Positions 1-10,479 are shown, counted from the whole stretch's first letter. The stretch is 61,857 bases of DNA, filler included, from 4 parts of 4 records of this genome joined end to end with filler, not necessarily neighbours in it, one strand, 5' to 3'. Translations and numbers: made by a program. The notes: generated from the sequence alone by a model not told the origin.

Positions 1-55
1 GTCTTATCGAATGGTGGATTTTCGAAGCGGATTGTCAATCATCCGCCGCCTTCTT

Positions 56-75
56 TGTGAATAACCTATGAATAA
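56..75 (-). promoter_or_regulatory. Two tandem DnaA-box-like sites upstream of dnaB
   Basis: TGTGAATAA at 56-64 (reverse complement TTATTCACA, matches TTATNCACA) and TATGAATAA at 67-75 (1 mismatch), 2 nt apart. Confidence 0.45.
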
Positions 76-130
76 CCTTCCAAGAAGTCGTGTTTGCCTT
101 TTTCCCCTGATTGTCTTTTCCTTGGTAAAG

Positions 131-1597
131 ATGCCAGACAACGCCGCCACAGAGACCCACAGTGACAAACCCGACCTGAAACGAACCAAGCGTCAAACTC
201 GTCGCAAGGAAGAGGTGAGTCCCTTGGATCGTTTACCGCCTCATTCCATTGAGGCTGAACAGGGTGTATTGGGTTGTGTGATGCTCAACCCCAATGACAA
301 CATGGGCACCTGCATTGAAAAATTCAAGTCAGGTGCCGAGGTTTTCTATGACTTGCGTCACCGAGAGCTTTATGACCTTATTGCTGAACTTTACGATAAA
401 AAGCAGCCCATTGACATATTCACACTCTCCCAGAGTTTGAGGGATCGCAAACAACTCAACAACGTCGGGGGACTGGCCTATCTCAACGATTTGATGGACA
501 AAGCGCCTTCCGGGCTCAATCTCCCTTACTATCTGGAAATTGTTCGAGAAAAATATGTGTTGCGCAAAATGCTGCATACCTGCTCTGACATCGTCGGCCG
601 TGTTTATGAAGAGCAGGACAACGTTGATTCTCTTCTGGACACAGTAGAACGAGACGTCCTTTCCATCAGTGAAGAGCGCTCTGAAAACGAAGATAAGTCG
701 ATCAAAACCTTGGTGCGTGATGCCATTTCCACCTTGGAGTCTTATCACAAGAATCAGGGGATGCTCACCGGGCTATCCTCAGGATTTCACGATTTGGATA
801 AGATGACTCACGGGATGCACCCGGGTGAAATGGTCGTGATTGCTGCTCGCCCCAGCATGGGAAAAACTTCTCTGGCGATGAATATTGCAGAACATGTTGC
901 CCTGGAACAAAATGAACCGGTTGGTGTGTTCAGCCTTGAAATGACTGCTGAGTCCCTGATTCTTCGCATGCTTTGTTGCCGTGCCCGCATCAACCTTCGC
1001 GCGGTGAGAGATGGATTTTTTGCAGAACGAGATTTCCCAAGAATTACTCAAGCTGCGACCGAGCTTGCCAAGGCTCCGATCGTGATTGATGACACTCCCG
1101 GATTATCCGTCCTCCAGCTCCGAGCCAGAGCCCGGCGCATGTCGCAGCAGCATGGTATTAAGCTATTTGTCATTGACTACCTACAGTTGCTCAACTCTAC
1201 TGCGCGTCGTGCAGAAAACCGCCAACAGGAGATATCCGATATTTCCAGCGGTGTGAAAGCATTGGCAAAAGAACTCTCAGTGCCAGTCATCGTGCTCAGT
1301 CAGTTGAATCGTGAGCTTGAAAAAGACAAAAGCCGCAAGCCCCGAATGTCTGATTTGCGTGAATCCGGGGCGATCGAACAGGATGCGGATCTGATAGGTT
1401 TGCTTTACAAACCGAGTCAAGGTGACGATGATGGTGGACCTGCCCAATCAGAGCAGGAGTCCATTGGTGTAAACATGTTAATCGCCAAACAGAGAAATGG
1501 TCCCACAGGGGACGTGAATCTAACTTTTTTCAAAGGATTTACACGATTTGAAAATGCGGCCAAAGTCAGCGAAGAAGACGTCCCGGCGGACGTTTAA
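131..1597 (+). CDS. dnaB: Replicative DNA helicase DnaB
   Basis: PPHSIEAEQ N-terminal motif, Walker A ARPSMGKT, IDYLQL, SDLRESGAIEQDAD, AKQRNGP. ATG 131 preferred over the ORF start at 68. Confidence 0.97.
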   Translation: MPDNAATETHSDKPDLKRTKRQTRRKEEVSPLDRLPPHSIEAEQGVLGCVMLNPNDNMGTCIEKFKSGAEVFYDLRHRELYDLIAELYDKKQPIDIFTLSQSLRDRKQLNNVGGLAYLNDLMDKAPSGLNLPYYLEIVREKYVLRKMLHTCSDIVGRVYEEQDNVDSLLDTVERDVLSISEERSENEDKSIKTLVRDAISTLESYHKNQGMLTGLSSGFHDLDKMTHGMHPGEMVVIAARPSMGKTSLAMNIAEHVALEQNEPVGVFSLEMTAESLILRMLCCRARINLRAVRDGFFAERDFPRITQAATELAKAPIVIDDTPGLSVLQLRARARRMSQQHGIKLFVIDYLQLLNSTARRAENRQQEISDISSGVKALAKELSVPVIVLSQLNRELEKDKSRKPRMSDLRESGAIEQDADLIGLLYKPSQGDDDGGPAQSEQESIGVNMLIAKQRNGPTGDVNLTFFKGFTRFENAAKVSEEDVPADV

Positions 1598-1601
1598 ATT
1601 A

Positions 1602-4013
1602 GTGCGTCGGTTAAAATATAAATGGCCTGTCTGGGCATTTTTGGCATGTTGGTTGCCACAGGTATCCGGTCAGACTGTTCTCTCGAACAAAAATATCGAA
1701 GCCGTCAAGGTTACTCATGTGGGCCCCGCCTCTGTGAGCGATCAAATGGTGCTCGTCAATATCCAAACGCGCTCCGGTGATGATTTCTCTGCAGCTCGTA
1801 TCAACCAAGACGTCAAAAATCTTCTGGGCACGGGTTACTTCTATAACGTTGATGTGTCCTGGGAAGTCAAAGACTCCGGTATCGACTTGGTTTACTCTGT
1901 ACAGGGTAAGCCCAGGTTAACCGAAATTCGCTTCGAAGGAAATGAGCGATTGAGTGATCGTCGTTTGAAGAAGAAGGTCAGCTCCAAAGTTGGAGAACCT
2001 ATCGATGAGAAAAAACTTTTCACCGATGCGCGAGAAATCGAAACATTTTACCAGAAAAAGGGCTATCAAAACACAGTAGTTGTTTATCAGGCCAGTATCA
2101 CCGAGGAACGGGGGCAAGGTAATGTTACCTTCAAAGTGACAGAAGCTCCGAAAGTGCGCATCCAAGAGGTCAATTTCGTTGGTGCATCTGCTTTCAAGCT
2201 AAAGAAACTCCGCAAGGTGGTCAAAACCCGTCGTCGCTGGGCTTTCTCATGGTTAACGGGTAGCGGTGTGCTCAAAGAAGAGCAATTTGCCGAGGATAAA
2301 GAAAAGCTCCGCCAACATTACTGGGATAATGGATATGTTGATTTTGCCATCCGTGATATTCAGTTCGAATATCCCGAGGAAAACAAAATGGTGATCAACA
2401 TCGAAATCTTCGAAGGCAATCAATACCGGGTTGGGGATCTCCGAATTCAGGGGAATGAAATCTACCCCACACAGGAAGTTCTCTTTTTTGAAACTCGCAA
2501 AGGGCCAGTCAAACGCCTCGCGATGAACAAGGGAGATGTTTTTACTCCAGGTGGTCTCGATGACAATCGTGAGGCTCTTGAGGATCTCTATGAGGCCGAC
2601 GGCTACCTGACGCCTCGCAACCAAGGTCAAACCCGCATCCGAGAGATTAAATCCGCCAACACTGAAAAAGGCACGATTGATGTGGATTATCAGATCGACG
2701 AAGGCGATCGCGATTACATCGAGAAAGTTGAAATCCGTGGGAACACCAAAACCAAGGACAAGGTTCTCCGCCGGGAGCTTGCTGTTGCACCGGGTGAACC
2801 TTTCAACATGGTGCGCGCCAAACTCAGTCAGGAACGACTTCGAGGTCTAACTTACTTTGAAAAAGTGGAAATTGCAGTCGAACCGACTGATATTCCAGAC
2901 CGAAAAAACCTGGTGGTTTCTGTGGAAGAAAAGAACACGGGTAATTTTGTAATCGGCGCTGGATTCAACTCCATTGAAAACTTGGTTGCATTCGTTGAAC
3001 TTTCGCAGGGTAACTTCGATCTGTTCAAACCACCTCTATTTCAAGGGGGTGGTCAAAAGCTTCGATTACGTGCTCAAGCAGGAACAAGATTGCAGGATTA
3101 TCAACTGACTTTCATCGAACCCTGGCTGTTCGACAAAAAACTGGAGTTCCAGCAAGACCTCTACCACCGGGAACTTAGTTATGTGAGCAGTGTCTTCGAC
3201 GAGCGACGTACGGGAACTCAGTTGGGGCTGCGTAAGACTCTGGGAAGTGACTTTATCATCGGGGGTGTTGATTACACCGTTGAAAGCATCGGGATTCAAA
3301 ATGTGGAGCCAGGAGCTTCCTACTTCTTCCAGAATCAGGAAGGTGACTCCATGATCTCCAAGGTTGGTTCCTCCATTTCCTACGATACTCGCAGTGGGGG
3401 CTTCCTGCCCAACAGTGGTCAGTTAACACGATTGCGAGGACAATTATCAGGTGGCCCTCTCGGTGCTGAAGTGGACACCTACAAGCTTGAATTAACCACG
3501 AAGCATTACTTCAAGGGGTTTGGTTCCGGCCACATTCTGGAAGTATTGGGAGAAGTGGGTGTTGCCGATGCCTACGCAAATACTGATGAAGTACCCCTGT
3601 TTGACCGTTACTGGTTGGGTGGCCTTCGTAACCTCCGAGGTTTTAAATTCCGTGATGTGGGTCCCAAAGATGGGCAGCAGGAGCCATTTGGTGGCAGCAC
3701 TTACTGGTTTGCATCCGCTGAATACAGTCTACCAATCATCGAACGACTGCGATTTGCGCTGTTTTATGATATTGGAATGGTCTTTCAAGATTCCTACAGC
3801 TTTGACTCGCGTGTGACCAATCCAGATCCTGCAGCCAGTGGTGCCACTCTGTTTGACACTGGCGCCTACAACGATAACTTTGGTCTCGGTCTGCGCTTGA
3901 ACCTTCCCATTGGTCCACTTCGTCTCGATTATGGTATTCCGATCACCTCGGATGATTTTAATGATGCAAGCGGCCGATTCAATTTTGGTGTGGGATGGGA
4001 ACGTCCATTCTAG
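1602..4013 (+). CDS. bamA: Outer membrane protein assembly factor BamA
   Basis: Signal peptide, POTRA repeats (GNTKTKDKVLRRE), LRGF loop motif, C-terminal GPLRLDYG and terminal Phe. GTG 1602, just after the dnaB stop, is the likely start. Confidence 0.95.
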   Translation: MRRLKYKWPVWAFLACWLPQVSGQTVLSNKNIEAVKVTHVGPASVSDQMVLVNIQTRSGDDFSAARINQDVKNLLGTGYFYNVDVSWEVKDSGIDLVYSVQGKPRLTEIRFEGNERLSDRRLKKKVSSKVGEPIDEKKLFTDAREIETFYQKKGYQNTVVVYQASITEERGQGNVTFKVTEAPKVRIQEVNFVGASAFKLKKLRKVVKTRRRWAFSWLTGSGVLKEEQFAEDKEKLRQHYWDNGYVDFAIRDIQFEYPEENKMVINIEIFEGNQYRVGDLRIQGNEIYPTQEVLFFETRKGPVKRLAMNKGDVFTPGGLDDNREALEDLYEADGYLTPRNQGQTRIREIKSANTEKGTIDVDYQIDEGDRDYIEKVEIRGNTKTKDKVLRRELAVAPGEPFNMVRAKLSQERLRGLTYFEKVEIAVEPTDIPDRKNLVVSVEEKNTGNFVIGAGFNSIENLVAFVELSQGNFDLFKPPLFQGGGQKLRLRAQAGTRLQDYQLTFIEPWLFDKKLEFQQDLYHRELSYVSSVFDERRTGTQLGLRKTLGSDFIIGGVDYTVESIGIQNVEPGASYFFQNQEGDSMISKVGSSISYDTRSGGFLPNSGQLTRLRGQLSGGPLGAEVDTYKLELTTKHYFKGFGSGHILEVLGEVGVADAYANTDEVPLFDRYWLGGLRNLRGFKFRDVGPKDGQQEPFGGSTYWFASAEYSLPIIERLRFALFYDIGMVFQDSYSFDSRVTNPDPAASGATLFDTGAYNDNFGLGLRLNLPIGPLRLDYGIPITSDDFNDASGRFNFGVGWERPF

Positions 4014-4159
4014 AGAGAATTCAGAGGGACCTTCTCATTTCCGGCAAGAGACGCAGTTTTTTAACAAATCTTGAGAAAACATCATTGAGGAAATGTCTCA
4101 ACTTGAGCAACATTTCTTCCTTAACTTCCATTGATCATAACAACGACAGATAAAATAAG

Positions 4160-4738
4160 ATGAAACAAACCATCCTATCGCTCGCTCTTTTACTTGGAAT
4201 CATTTCAAGTCCGCTAACTCAGGCGCAGGGCAAGATTGCCACCATTGATTTGCAAAAAGTCTTTGACGGATACTGGAAGACAAAACAGATTTCGGACAAC
4301 CTTCAGACGCAGGGTAAGGACTACCAGATACGTCGGGAAAAGCTCATCCAGCAATATCAGGTGATCAATGAAGAATACCGCAAAATGCGTGAGAGCGCCG
4401 ACGAAGGTGCACTGTCAACCGCCGAGCGCCAGAAGCGAGGCAAGGAAGCGGATGCAAAACTTGTCGAAGTGCGCGGTTTGGAGAAAGACATTACCGATTA
4501 CGACAACACCACACGCTCTCAGATTGCCGAAACACAAGCTCGCATGAAGAAGAACATCGTGCGGGATATACGTGAAAAAATCGCTCAAATTGCAAAAAAA
4601 GACGGTTTGTCCATGGTTATTGACACGGCTGCGGTAGCAAAAACTGAAACGCCGATCATTCTCTACAACGATGGTTCCAATGATTTGACGGACAAAGTGC
4701 TTTCTCTTCTCAATGCGAAGGAAAATGTAGGTAATTAA
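4160..4738 (+). CDS. skp: OmpH/Skp periplasmic chaperone
   Basis: Signal peptide, KIATIDLQKVF, long coiled coil, DLTDKVL C-terminus; directly follows bamA. Confidence 0.9.
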   Translation: MKQTILSLALLLGIISSPLTQAQGKIATIDLQKVFDGYWKTKQISDNLQTQGKDYQIRREKLIQQYQVINEEYRKMRESADEGALSTAERQKRGKEADAKLVEVRGLEKDITDYDNTTRSQIAETQARMKKNIVRDIREKIAQIAKKDGLSMVIDTAAVAKTETPIILYNDGSNDLTDKVLSLLNAKENVGN

Positions 4739-4754
4739 CCCTGAGTCATTCCTT

Positions 4755-5594
4755 ATGAGTTTACCATTGCCTCTTGAAGATAGATTGGCCGTATGTACTT
4801 GGTCGCTCCAGCCTGAAACGCCCGAAGCGCTGCTTGCTCACTTAAAAACGATAGGTATTACAAAAACACAGATTGCCTTGGATCCCATACGGGAAAACCC
4901 TGCGATCTGGGGAAGGTATGGAGATCTGTGCCGCGAATCCGGTATTTCCCAAGTTTCTGGTATGATGGTGACGGTCGGAGAGGATTACTCGACCATGGAG
5001 GCCATCAAGGAAACGGGAGGCGTTGTACCCGATTCTACCTGGCCTGAAAACCTTGCCAATTTCAAAGAGAATATCCTTGTTGCCAAAGACCTGGGTTTGA
5101 AACTCATTACTTTTCATGCGGGATTTCTACCGCATGAGCCGAGTGATCTAGCGTTTGCCAAGTTGATGAATAGAATTCGTCAAATCGGTGAACTTTTCGG
5201 TGAAAATGAAATGGACCTTGGATTTGAAACAGGCCAGGAGACCGCTGAAACACTCAAAGATTTCCTTGATCAACTCGCATTGCCCAATGTGGGTGTCAAT
5301 TTTGATCCTGCCAACATGATCCTTTACGATAAGGGAGACCCTATTGAGGCACTCAAGGTTCTGGCGCCTTATCTTAAACAGTGTCATATCAAAGATGCGA
5401 CGCGCACCGTCGAGGCCGGTCAATGGGGTGAAGAGGTTCAGTCCGGGACTGGTCAGGTGGATTGGAAGGATTTCTTCGCCACGCTTAATCAACTTCAATA
5501 CACAGGCAATTTTGCTATCGAGCGTGAAGCAGGTGAGCAGCGTGTTGAAGATATTCTTGCAGCAAAAAACTATGTCAGCGACCTGGTAGGTTGA
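4755..5594 (+). CDS. Sugar phosphate isomerase/epimerase (xylose-isomerase-like TIM barrel)
   Basis: FETGQE, NFDPAN, HIKD, IERE metal-binding motifs. Confidence 0.85.
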   Translation: MSLPLPLEDRLAVCTWSLQPETPEALLAHLKTIGITKTQIALDPIRENPAIWGRYGDLCRESGISQVSGMMVTVGEDYSTMEAIKETGGVVPDSTWPENLANFKENILVAKDLGLKLITFHAGFLPHEPSDLAFAKLMNRIRQIGELFGENEMDLGFETGQETAETLKDFLDQLALPNVGVNFDPANMILYDKGDPIEALKVLAPYLKQCHIKDATRTVEAGQWGEEVQSGTGQVDWKDFFATLNQLQYTGNFAIEREAGEQRVEDILAAKNYVSDLVG

Positions 5595-5606
5595 CGCATC
5601 GAGATT

Positions 5607-6635
5607 ATGGATAAAGTCAAGGCAGGTATCATTGGATTGGGTTTCATGTCCGTGGCCCATATCAAGGCCTATCGTCAGCTTGAAGACGTGGAGATAGTGG
5701 CCGTTTGTAACCCAAGTGGACGAAGGTTGGACGGGGATTTAAGCGGTGTTTTTGGAAATGTCGGCGACCAGGAGCCAGTCAAACTGGACATGGCAAAAAT
5801 CAAGGGATACAAAGATGTCGATACATTCCTTGATCACCCAGGGCTTCAGCTGGTCGACATATGCTCTCCCACCGATACCCATACTGACCTTGCGATTCGA
5901 TCCTTGAACAAAGGCAAGCACGTACTTTGTGAGAAACCCATCACGCGCACACGTGACGAGGCCGAAAAACTAGTCAAAGCAGTGCAAGCACCCAAGACAC
6001 ATTTCATGCCTGCCATGTGTTTGCGCTTTTGGCCGGAATGGGCTTTTTTGAAAAAAGCCATCGATAAAAATACCTATGGAAAAGTTTTGGGAGTTCGTTT
6101 CCGACGAATTGCGGAACCGCCGGCTTGGAGTCAGCAGAATTACCTGAATGGTGAAAAATCCGGAGGAGCCCTTCTTGACCTTCACATTCACGATACGGAT
6201 TTTGTGCAGTTCTGTTTTGGTGTGCCCAAGGCCGTTTTTTCCACCGGATTTACCAAAGTCAGTGGGGCTGTTGATCATGTCGTGACACAATACATGACTG
6301 ATTCAGGCGCCTGTATCTCAGCAGAGGGAAGTTGGGCGATGACACCCGGATTTGGCTTTAATATGGCCTACAACGCCGTTTTTGAAAATGCCACAGTGGA
6401 TTATGATATTGCCCGTGGTGATGATGCCTTGAAATTGTTTGAAGCCGGGCAAGAAGGCCGCACCATCAAGATGGAAGGTCTTGATGGCTACGCTGGGGAA
6501 ATCCAGCATCTGGTGGACTGCATTAATCAGGAGAAACGGCCCAGTGTTGTCACCCCTGAAGATGGATTGAACGCGATTCGCATTTGCGAAGCCGAAGCTC
6601 GTTCTGTTTACTCCGGACAGATCGAATCTGTTTAA
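5607..6635 (+). CDS. Gfo/Idh/MocA family oxidoreductase
   Basis: GIIGLGFM, HVLCEKP, GGALLDLHIHD motifs. Confidence 0.9.
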   Translation: MDKVKAGIIGLGFMSVAHIKAYRQLEDVEIVAVCNPSGRRLDGDLSGVFGNVGDQEPVKLDMAKIKGYKDVDTFLDHPGLQLVDICSPTDTHTDLAIRSLNKGKHVLCEKPITRTRDEAEKLVKAVQAPKTHFMPAMCLRFWPEWAFLKKAIDKNTYGKVLGVRFRRIAEPPAWSQQNYLNGEKSGGALLDLHIHDTDFVQFCFGVPKAVFSTGFTKVSGAVDHVVTQYMTDSGACISAEGSWAMTPGFGFNMAYNAVFENATVDYDIARGDDALKLFEAGQEGRTIKMEGLDGYAGEIQHLVDCINQEKRPSVVTPEDGLNAIRICEAEARSVYSGQIESV

Positions 6636-6866
6636 TTTTCAATTCCTTGTCCTTTTGGTCCATGATAGGCCAATCGATTACGGCTGAACTTTCTGTCGGT
6701 TCAAGGCTTCCCTTCAATTGGCGAACTCTCTCTTGCGCATATTTAAATCTCATCACGTTACTCCTGCAGACCCTTTGGGTCGGTTGATAATTCCAAGTGC
6801 TTCTCGCAACTGAACATGAACAAGATTCATGCCATTCTTAAATGTTTTAGGGGTCAGTCCCTACTA

Positions 6867-6895
6867 TTGACACCTGACTTGCGGGGTAGTACTTT
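6867..6895 (+). promoter_or_regulatory. Sigma70 promoter of the RAYT gene, leaderless geometry
   Basis: TTGACA (6867-6872), 17 nt spacer, TACTTT (6890-6895), ATG at 6902; no Shine-Dalgarno. Confidence 0.65.
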
Positions 6896-6901
6896 AAAAC
6901 C

Positions 6902-7876
6902 ATGGCTCGAAAACTCCGTGTCGAATATGCTGGGGCTGTTTATCATTTGATGAGCCGCGGCAATGGCAAGCAAGACATCTTTCTGGATGCGAAGGATCGC
7001 AAAATGTTCATCAAGGCATTAGGCGAAACTTGCGAAAAAACAGGCTGGCGCGTCACCGCATTCTGCTTGATGGGCAATCATTTTCATCTCTGTCTTGAAA
7101 CACCTCAGCCCAATCTGGTTGCGGGTATGAAATGGCTTCTTGGAACCTATTCCACCCGTTTTAACAAACGGCATAAGCGCGTAGGACATCTTTTTGCAGG
7201 TCGATACAAATCTCTGATCGTCGACGGAAGCAACACGGGATATTTGCACAAGGTTTGTGACTACATTCACTTGAATCCTATACGTTCCAATCTACTAACT
7301 CGAGAGCAGGCGCTCAAAGATTACCCTTGGAGCAGTTATCCGCTCTACCTTCTTGAACCCACTCAGCGTCCCATCTGGCTGGAGCCACGTCCATTGATGG
7401 GAGAAAAAGGTGTTCAAACGGATAATATGTCCGGTCGTCATCGCTTCGAATTGTTAATGGAAGACAGGAAACTACAAGAACTTGCTGGCTCGCTTCAAGA
7501 TTACGAGGCCATTCGAAAAGGCTGGTTCTATGGGGAAGAAGCCAATCGAAGGGAGCTTTTGGGAAAATTAGATGCCGCAGCGGACGAAAATGAAGTTCAG
7601 TCAGGAGTCATTTTCAGGGAATCGCAGAGAATGAAGGCCACAGACTTGCTCAAGGAACTCTTGCGCAGAGAAAAGCTTTCTGTTTCTCACCTAAAACAAA
7701 TGCGTAAAGGCGATCCAGTTAAAATCAAGCTGGCTGCTGAAATACGAAAACGAACAACCATGTCTCTCAAATGGACTGCTGAGCATTTGCACATGGGATC
7801 ATGGACCTATGTATCCAACTTACTGTCGCTGGAGAGAGTACAAAAAGAAGCAATAGCCGGGACCCATTCCAAATGA
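6902..7876 (+). mobile_element. REP-associated tyrosine transposase (RAYT / Y1 HUH) with C-terminal HTH-like extension
   Basis: MARKLR..GAVYHLMSRGN start, CLMGNHFHL HUH motif, GHLFAGRY, YIHLNP catalytic Tyr, YPWSSY, C-terminal helical segment. Confidence 0.88.
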
Positions 7877-9231
7877 AGTGGCTTGTGCTATTGGGCTTTT
7901 TTTGCGGGTCACTTTTAGCAGAGGACCCTTTGTTGTACTGGCCGCAATGGCGCGGACCCTTGAACAATGGGGTTGGGCCCAAAGCCAATCCACCGGTGAA
8001 ATGGTCGGAGGATTCAAATATTCGATGGAAATCCTCGCTTCCCGGTAAGGGGCATTCGACTCCTATCGTTTGGAAGGATACCGTTTTCGTTTCTTGCGCG
8101 ATTCCTGTTGGACCTGAAAAGCCACCTATTCATAATCAAGCCGATGGGGCTCATGACAATCTCCCTGTATCAAAAGACCATTTATTCAGTATACTGGCTT
8201 ATGATCGTCAGGATGGTTCACTCCGTTATCAGCGTGATCTGCATCGCACCTTTCCGCATGAAGGCGGTCATGACACCGGAAGTCTAGCTTCAGCTTCCCC
8301 CGTCACGGATGGGGAGCATGTCATCGTTTCTTTCGGGTCGCATGGTCTTTACGGACTGAACATGCAGGGTGATCTCATATGGGAACGTGACTTCGGTCAA
8401 ATGCAGACCCGTCACGCTCATGGGGAAGGCTCCTCGCCTGTTTTACATGATGATCGACTGATCGTGAACTGGGATCACGAGGGAGAGTCAGCTGTGTATT
8501 GTTTGGATAAATCGAATGGTAGTGAAATATGGAAAGTATCACGAAATGAGTCAACTTCGTGGTCCACGCCCTTGATCGTTGAGGAGTCTGGTAAGCCTCA
8601 GGTCATTGTGAGTGCGACGGGTAAAATCCGATCCTATGATTTGCTGACCGGGAAAGTAATATGGGAATGCGGTGGTCTTTCTCGCAATGTGGTTGCAACT
8701 CCTGTTGCCGGCCATGGTCTGCTGGTGGCATCCAACAGTTACGACTGGCAAGCCATGCTGGCGATACGGCTTGAAGGTGCCACGGGTGATTTAACAGATA
8801 CGAATCAAATTGTCTGGAGTATGAACCGCTTGACTCCTTATGTTCCCAGTCCGCTACTCTATGGCAGCAAACTTTATTTTCTCAGGCATCTTCAGGGAAT
8901 TCTATCCTGTGTGGATCTCATGACAGGCGAACCCCTGGGTGGTCCCTATCGGTTGCCATTGGTCAGGGTTCTATTCGCTTCTCCAGTCGGTGCGTCTGAT
9001 CGAATTTATATCACGAGTCGAGAAGGTATCACTCTTGTCATGAGTAATGCGGATGATTCGAAACTTCTTTCGGTAAACAGACTCAACGACGTTTTCAGTG
9101 CTTCGCCTGCACTGGTGGGAAATCAACTATTCTTACGGGGCGAAAAATTCCTATATTGCCTTGAAAAAAATGTATCTCCCGCCACGTTCGAAAACGAGGG
9201 TGAACCAAGCTCTCAGTCACAAAACAAATAA
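7873..9231 (+). CDS. Secreted PQQ-like beta-propeller repeat protein (BamB-like family)
   Basis: Signal peptide MKWLVLLG, WPQWRGP, GHSTP, SSP, YVPSP, ASP repeats. ATG overlaps the RAYT stop (ATGA). Confidence 0.88.
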   Translation: MKWLVLLGFFCGSLLAEDPLLYWPQWRGPLNNGVGPKANPPVKWSEDSNIRWKSSLPGKGHSTPIVWKDTVFVSCAIPVGPEKPPIHNQADGAHDNLPVSKDHLFSILAYDRQDGSLRYQRDLHRTFPHEGGHDTGSLASASPVTDGEHVIVSFGSHGLYGLNMQGDLIWERDFGQMQTRHAHGEGSSPVLHDDRLIVNWDHEGESAVYCLDKSNGSEIWKVSRNESTSWSTPLIVEESGKPQVIVSATGKIRSYDLLTGKVIWECGGLSRNVVATPVAGHGLLVASNSYDWQAMLAIRLEGATGDLTDTNQIVWSMNRLTPYVPSPLLYGSKLYFLRHLQGILSCVDLMTGEPLGGPYRLPLVRVLFASPVGASDRIYITSREGITLVMSNADDSKLLSVNRLNDVFSASPALVGNQLFLRGEKFLYCLEKNVSPATFENEGEPSSQSQNK

Positions 9232-9993
9232 TCAAACGTGTCGACGGTTAAACCCCACCGCCTCCTCGTAAGTAAGACCCGTCCCTCCAAAAATATCCAG
9301 AGCTGAGCCGATGGTGAGATCAACCTTGCCTTGGCTCTCATCGTGAACTGACTGTAAATCTTTCATCGAGCGGGCACCTCCTGCATAGGTGATCGGGATT
9401 GGGCTCCATTTACTGAGTTTCTTCACCAGGTCTATATCTACGCCTGCACATAAACCTTCGACATCGACTCCATGAACCAGAAATTCATCACAATAGCTTG
9501 CCAGATCTTCCAGAACTGAACGACTTAATATCAAGTCTGTAAAGGTTTGCCAGCGGTTCGTGACGACGTAATAGGAGCCATCTCGCAATCGACAGCTCAA
9601 GTCGAGCACGAGTTGTTTGGCTCCAACCGTTTCCATCAGGGCATCCAAACGATCGCGTCTTAAAATGGGGCCCTCGAAGATCCAGGAGGTAACAATGACA
9701 TGAGAGGCACCAGCTTCTATGAATTCGAATGCGTTGTCAGCGTGAATGCCTCCACCGATCTGAAGACCATCAGGATAGGCTCGCAGGGCAGCACATGCAG
9801 CTTCCTTATTGCCCGGACCCAGTTGGATTACATGTCCGCCTTTCAGTTCATCTTTACGATAAAGTTTGGCGAACCAAGCGCTGGATCGTTCTGAAACAAA
9901 GTTGGTTTCCAGCTGGTCACCTTTGTCGGTCAGCGTGCCGCCTACGATTTGTTTTACCTGGCCATTGTGAAGATCGATACAGGGACGAAACAT
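9232..9993 (-). CDS. hisA: ProFAR isomerase, eukaryote (His6)-type HisA
   Basis: FRPCIDLHNGQVKQIVGGTL, LVLDLSCR, EFLVHGVDVEG, DLTIGSALDIFGG are characteristic of the His6-type subfamily. Confidence 0.92.
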   Translation of the reverse strand: MFRPCIDLHNGQVKQIVGGTLTDKGDQLETNFVSERSSAWFAKLYRKDELKGGHVIQLGPGNKEAACAALRAYPDGLQIGGGIHADNAFEFIEAGASHVIVTSWIFEGPILRRDRLDALMETVGAKQLVLDLSCRLRDGSYYVVTNRWQTFTDLILSRSVLEDLASYCDEFLVHGVDVEGLCAGVDIDLVKKLSKWSPIPITYAGGARSMKDLQSVHDESQGKVDLTIGSALDIFGGTGLTYEEAVGFNRRHV

Positions 9994-10002
9994 GGTTTAT
10001 CC

Positions 10003-10455
10003 TTAATCTGAGATTTGACTTATTTGCTGCTCTTTTACTGCACTTAATTTTGCATGAGCTTCGCGATAACGATTTAAGCGTTCCCCGTCCTGCTGCGTTA
10101 TGTCTTTCATGCGGCGAATGTCCATGTTGTCCTCCAAATCGACAAGCTTTACTTGAAGGGCGAGGGGATTGAGCGCGGCACGCTCGATCAAGGAATCATA
10201 TGGTTCACCTTGTCGGCGTGTGAGTGCATCGATAGCTTCTACGATCTCTACTGAAAAATTTTGAGCCCTTAATTGCTTACAGGTCCATGCGCTGTCCTCA
10301 ACCACATCATGCAGGATTGCGATTTGCTGGAGGACCGGTTTCCTGAAGCGGGCCATGACCCGAATGGGATGCAAAACATAGGGGCGACCATATTTATCAA
10401 TCTGGTCCTGATGTGCTTTAAGTGCAATGCCAATGGCCTTTTCCAGCATATCCAT
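10003..10455 (-). CDS. Stand-alone HD-domain protein, small alarmone hydrolase-like
   Basis: AHQDQ..GRPYVLHP, ILHDVVED, VKLVDLEDN motifs of the RelA/SpoT hydrolase fold; no synthetase domain. Confidence 0.8.
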   Translation of the reverse strand: MDMLEKAIGIALKAHQDQIDKYGRPYVLHPIRVMARFRKPVLQQIAILHDVVEDSAWTCKQLRAQNFSVEIVEAIDALTRRQGEPYDSLIERAALNPLALQVKLVDLEDNMDIRRMKDITQQDGERLNRYREAHAKLSAVKEQQISQISD

Positions 10456-10479
10456 GTCAACGTTCTCTCGCGTTTAATT

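Noticed and set aside
4090..4116. Hairpin between bamA and skp
   Set aside because: Short imperfect stem with no clear U-tail or family resemblance.
6636..6849. REP array beside the RAYT
   Set aside because: Only isolated short hairpins (GACCC-TTT-GGGTC, CATGAA/TTCATG); no repeated unit.
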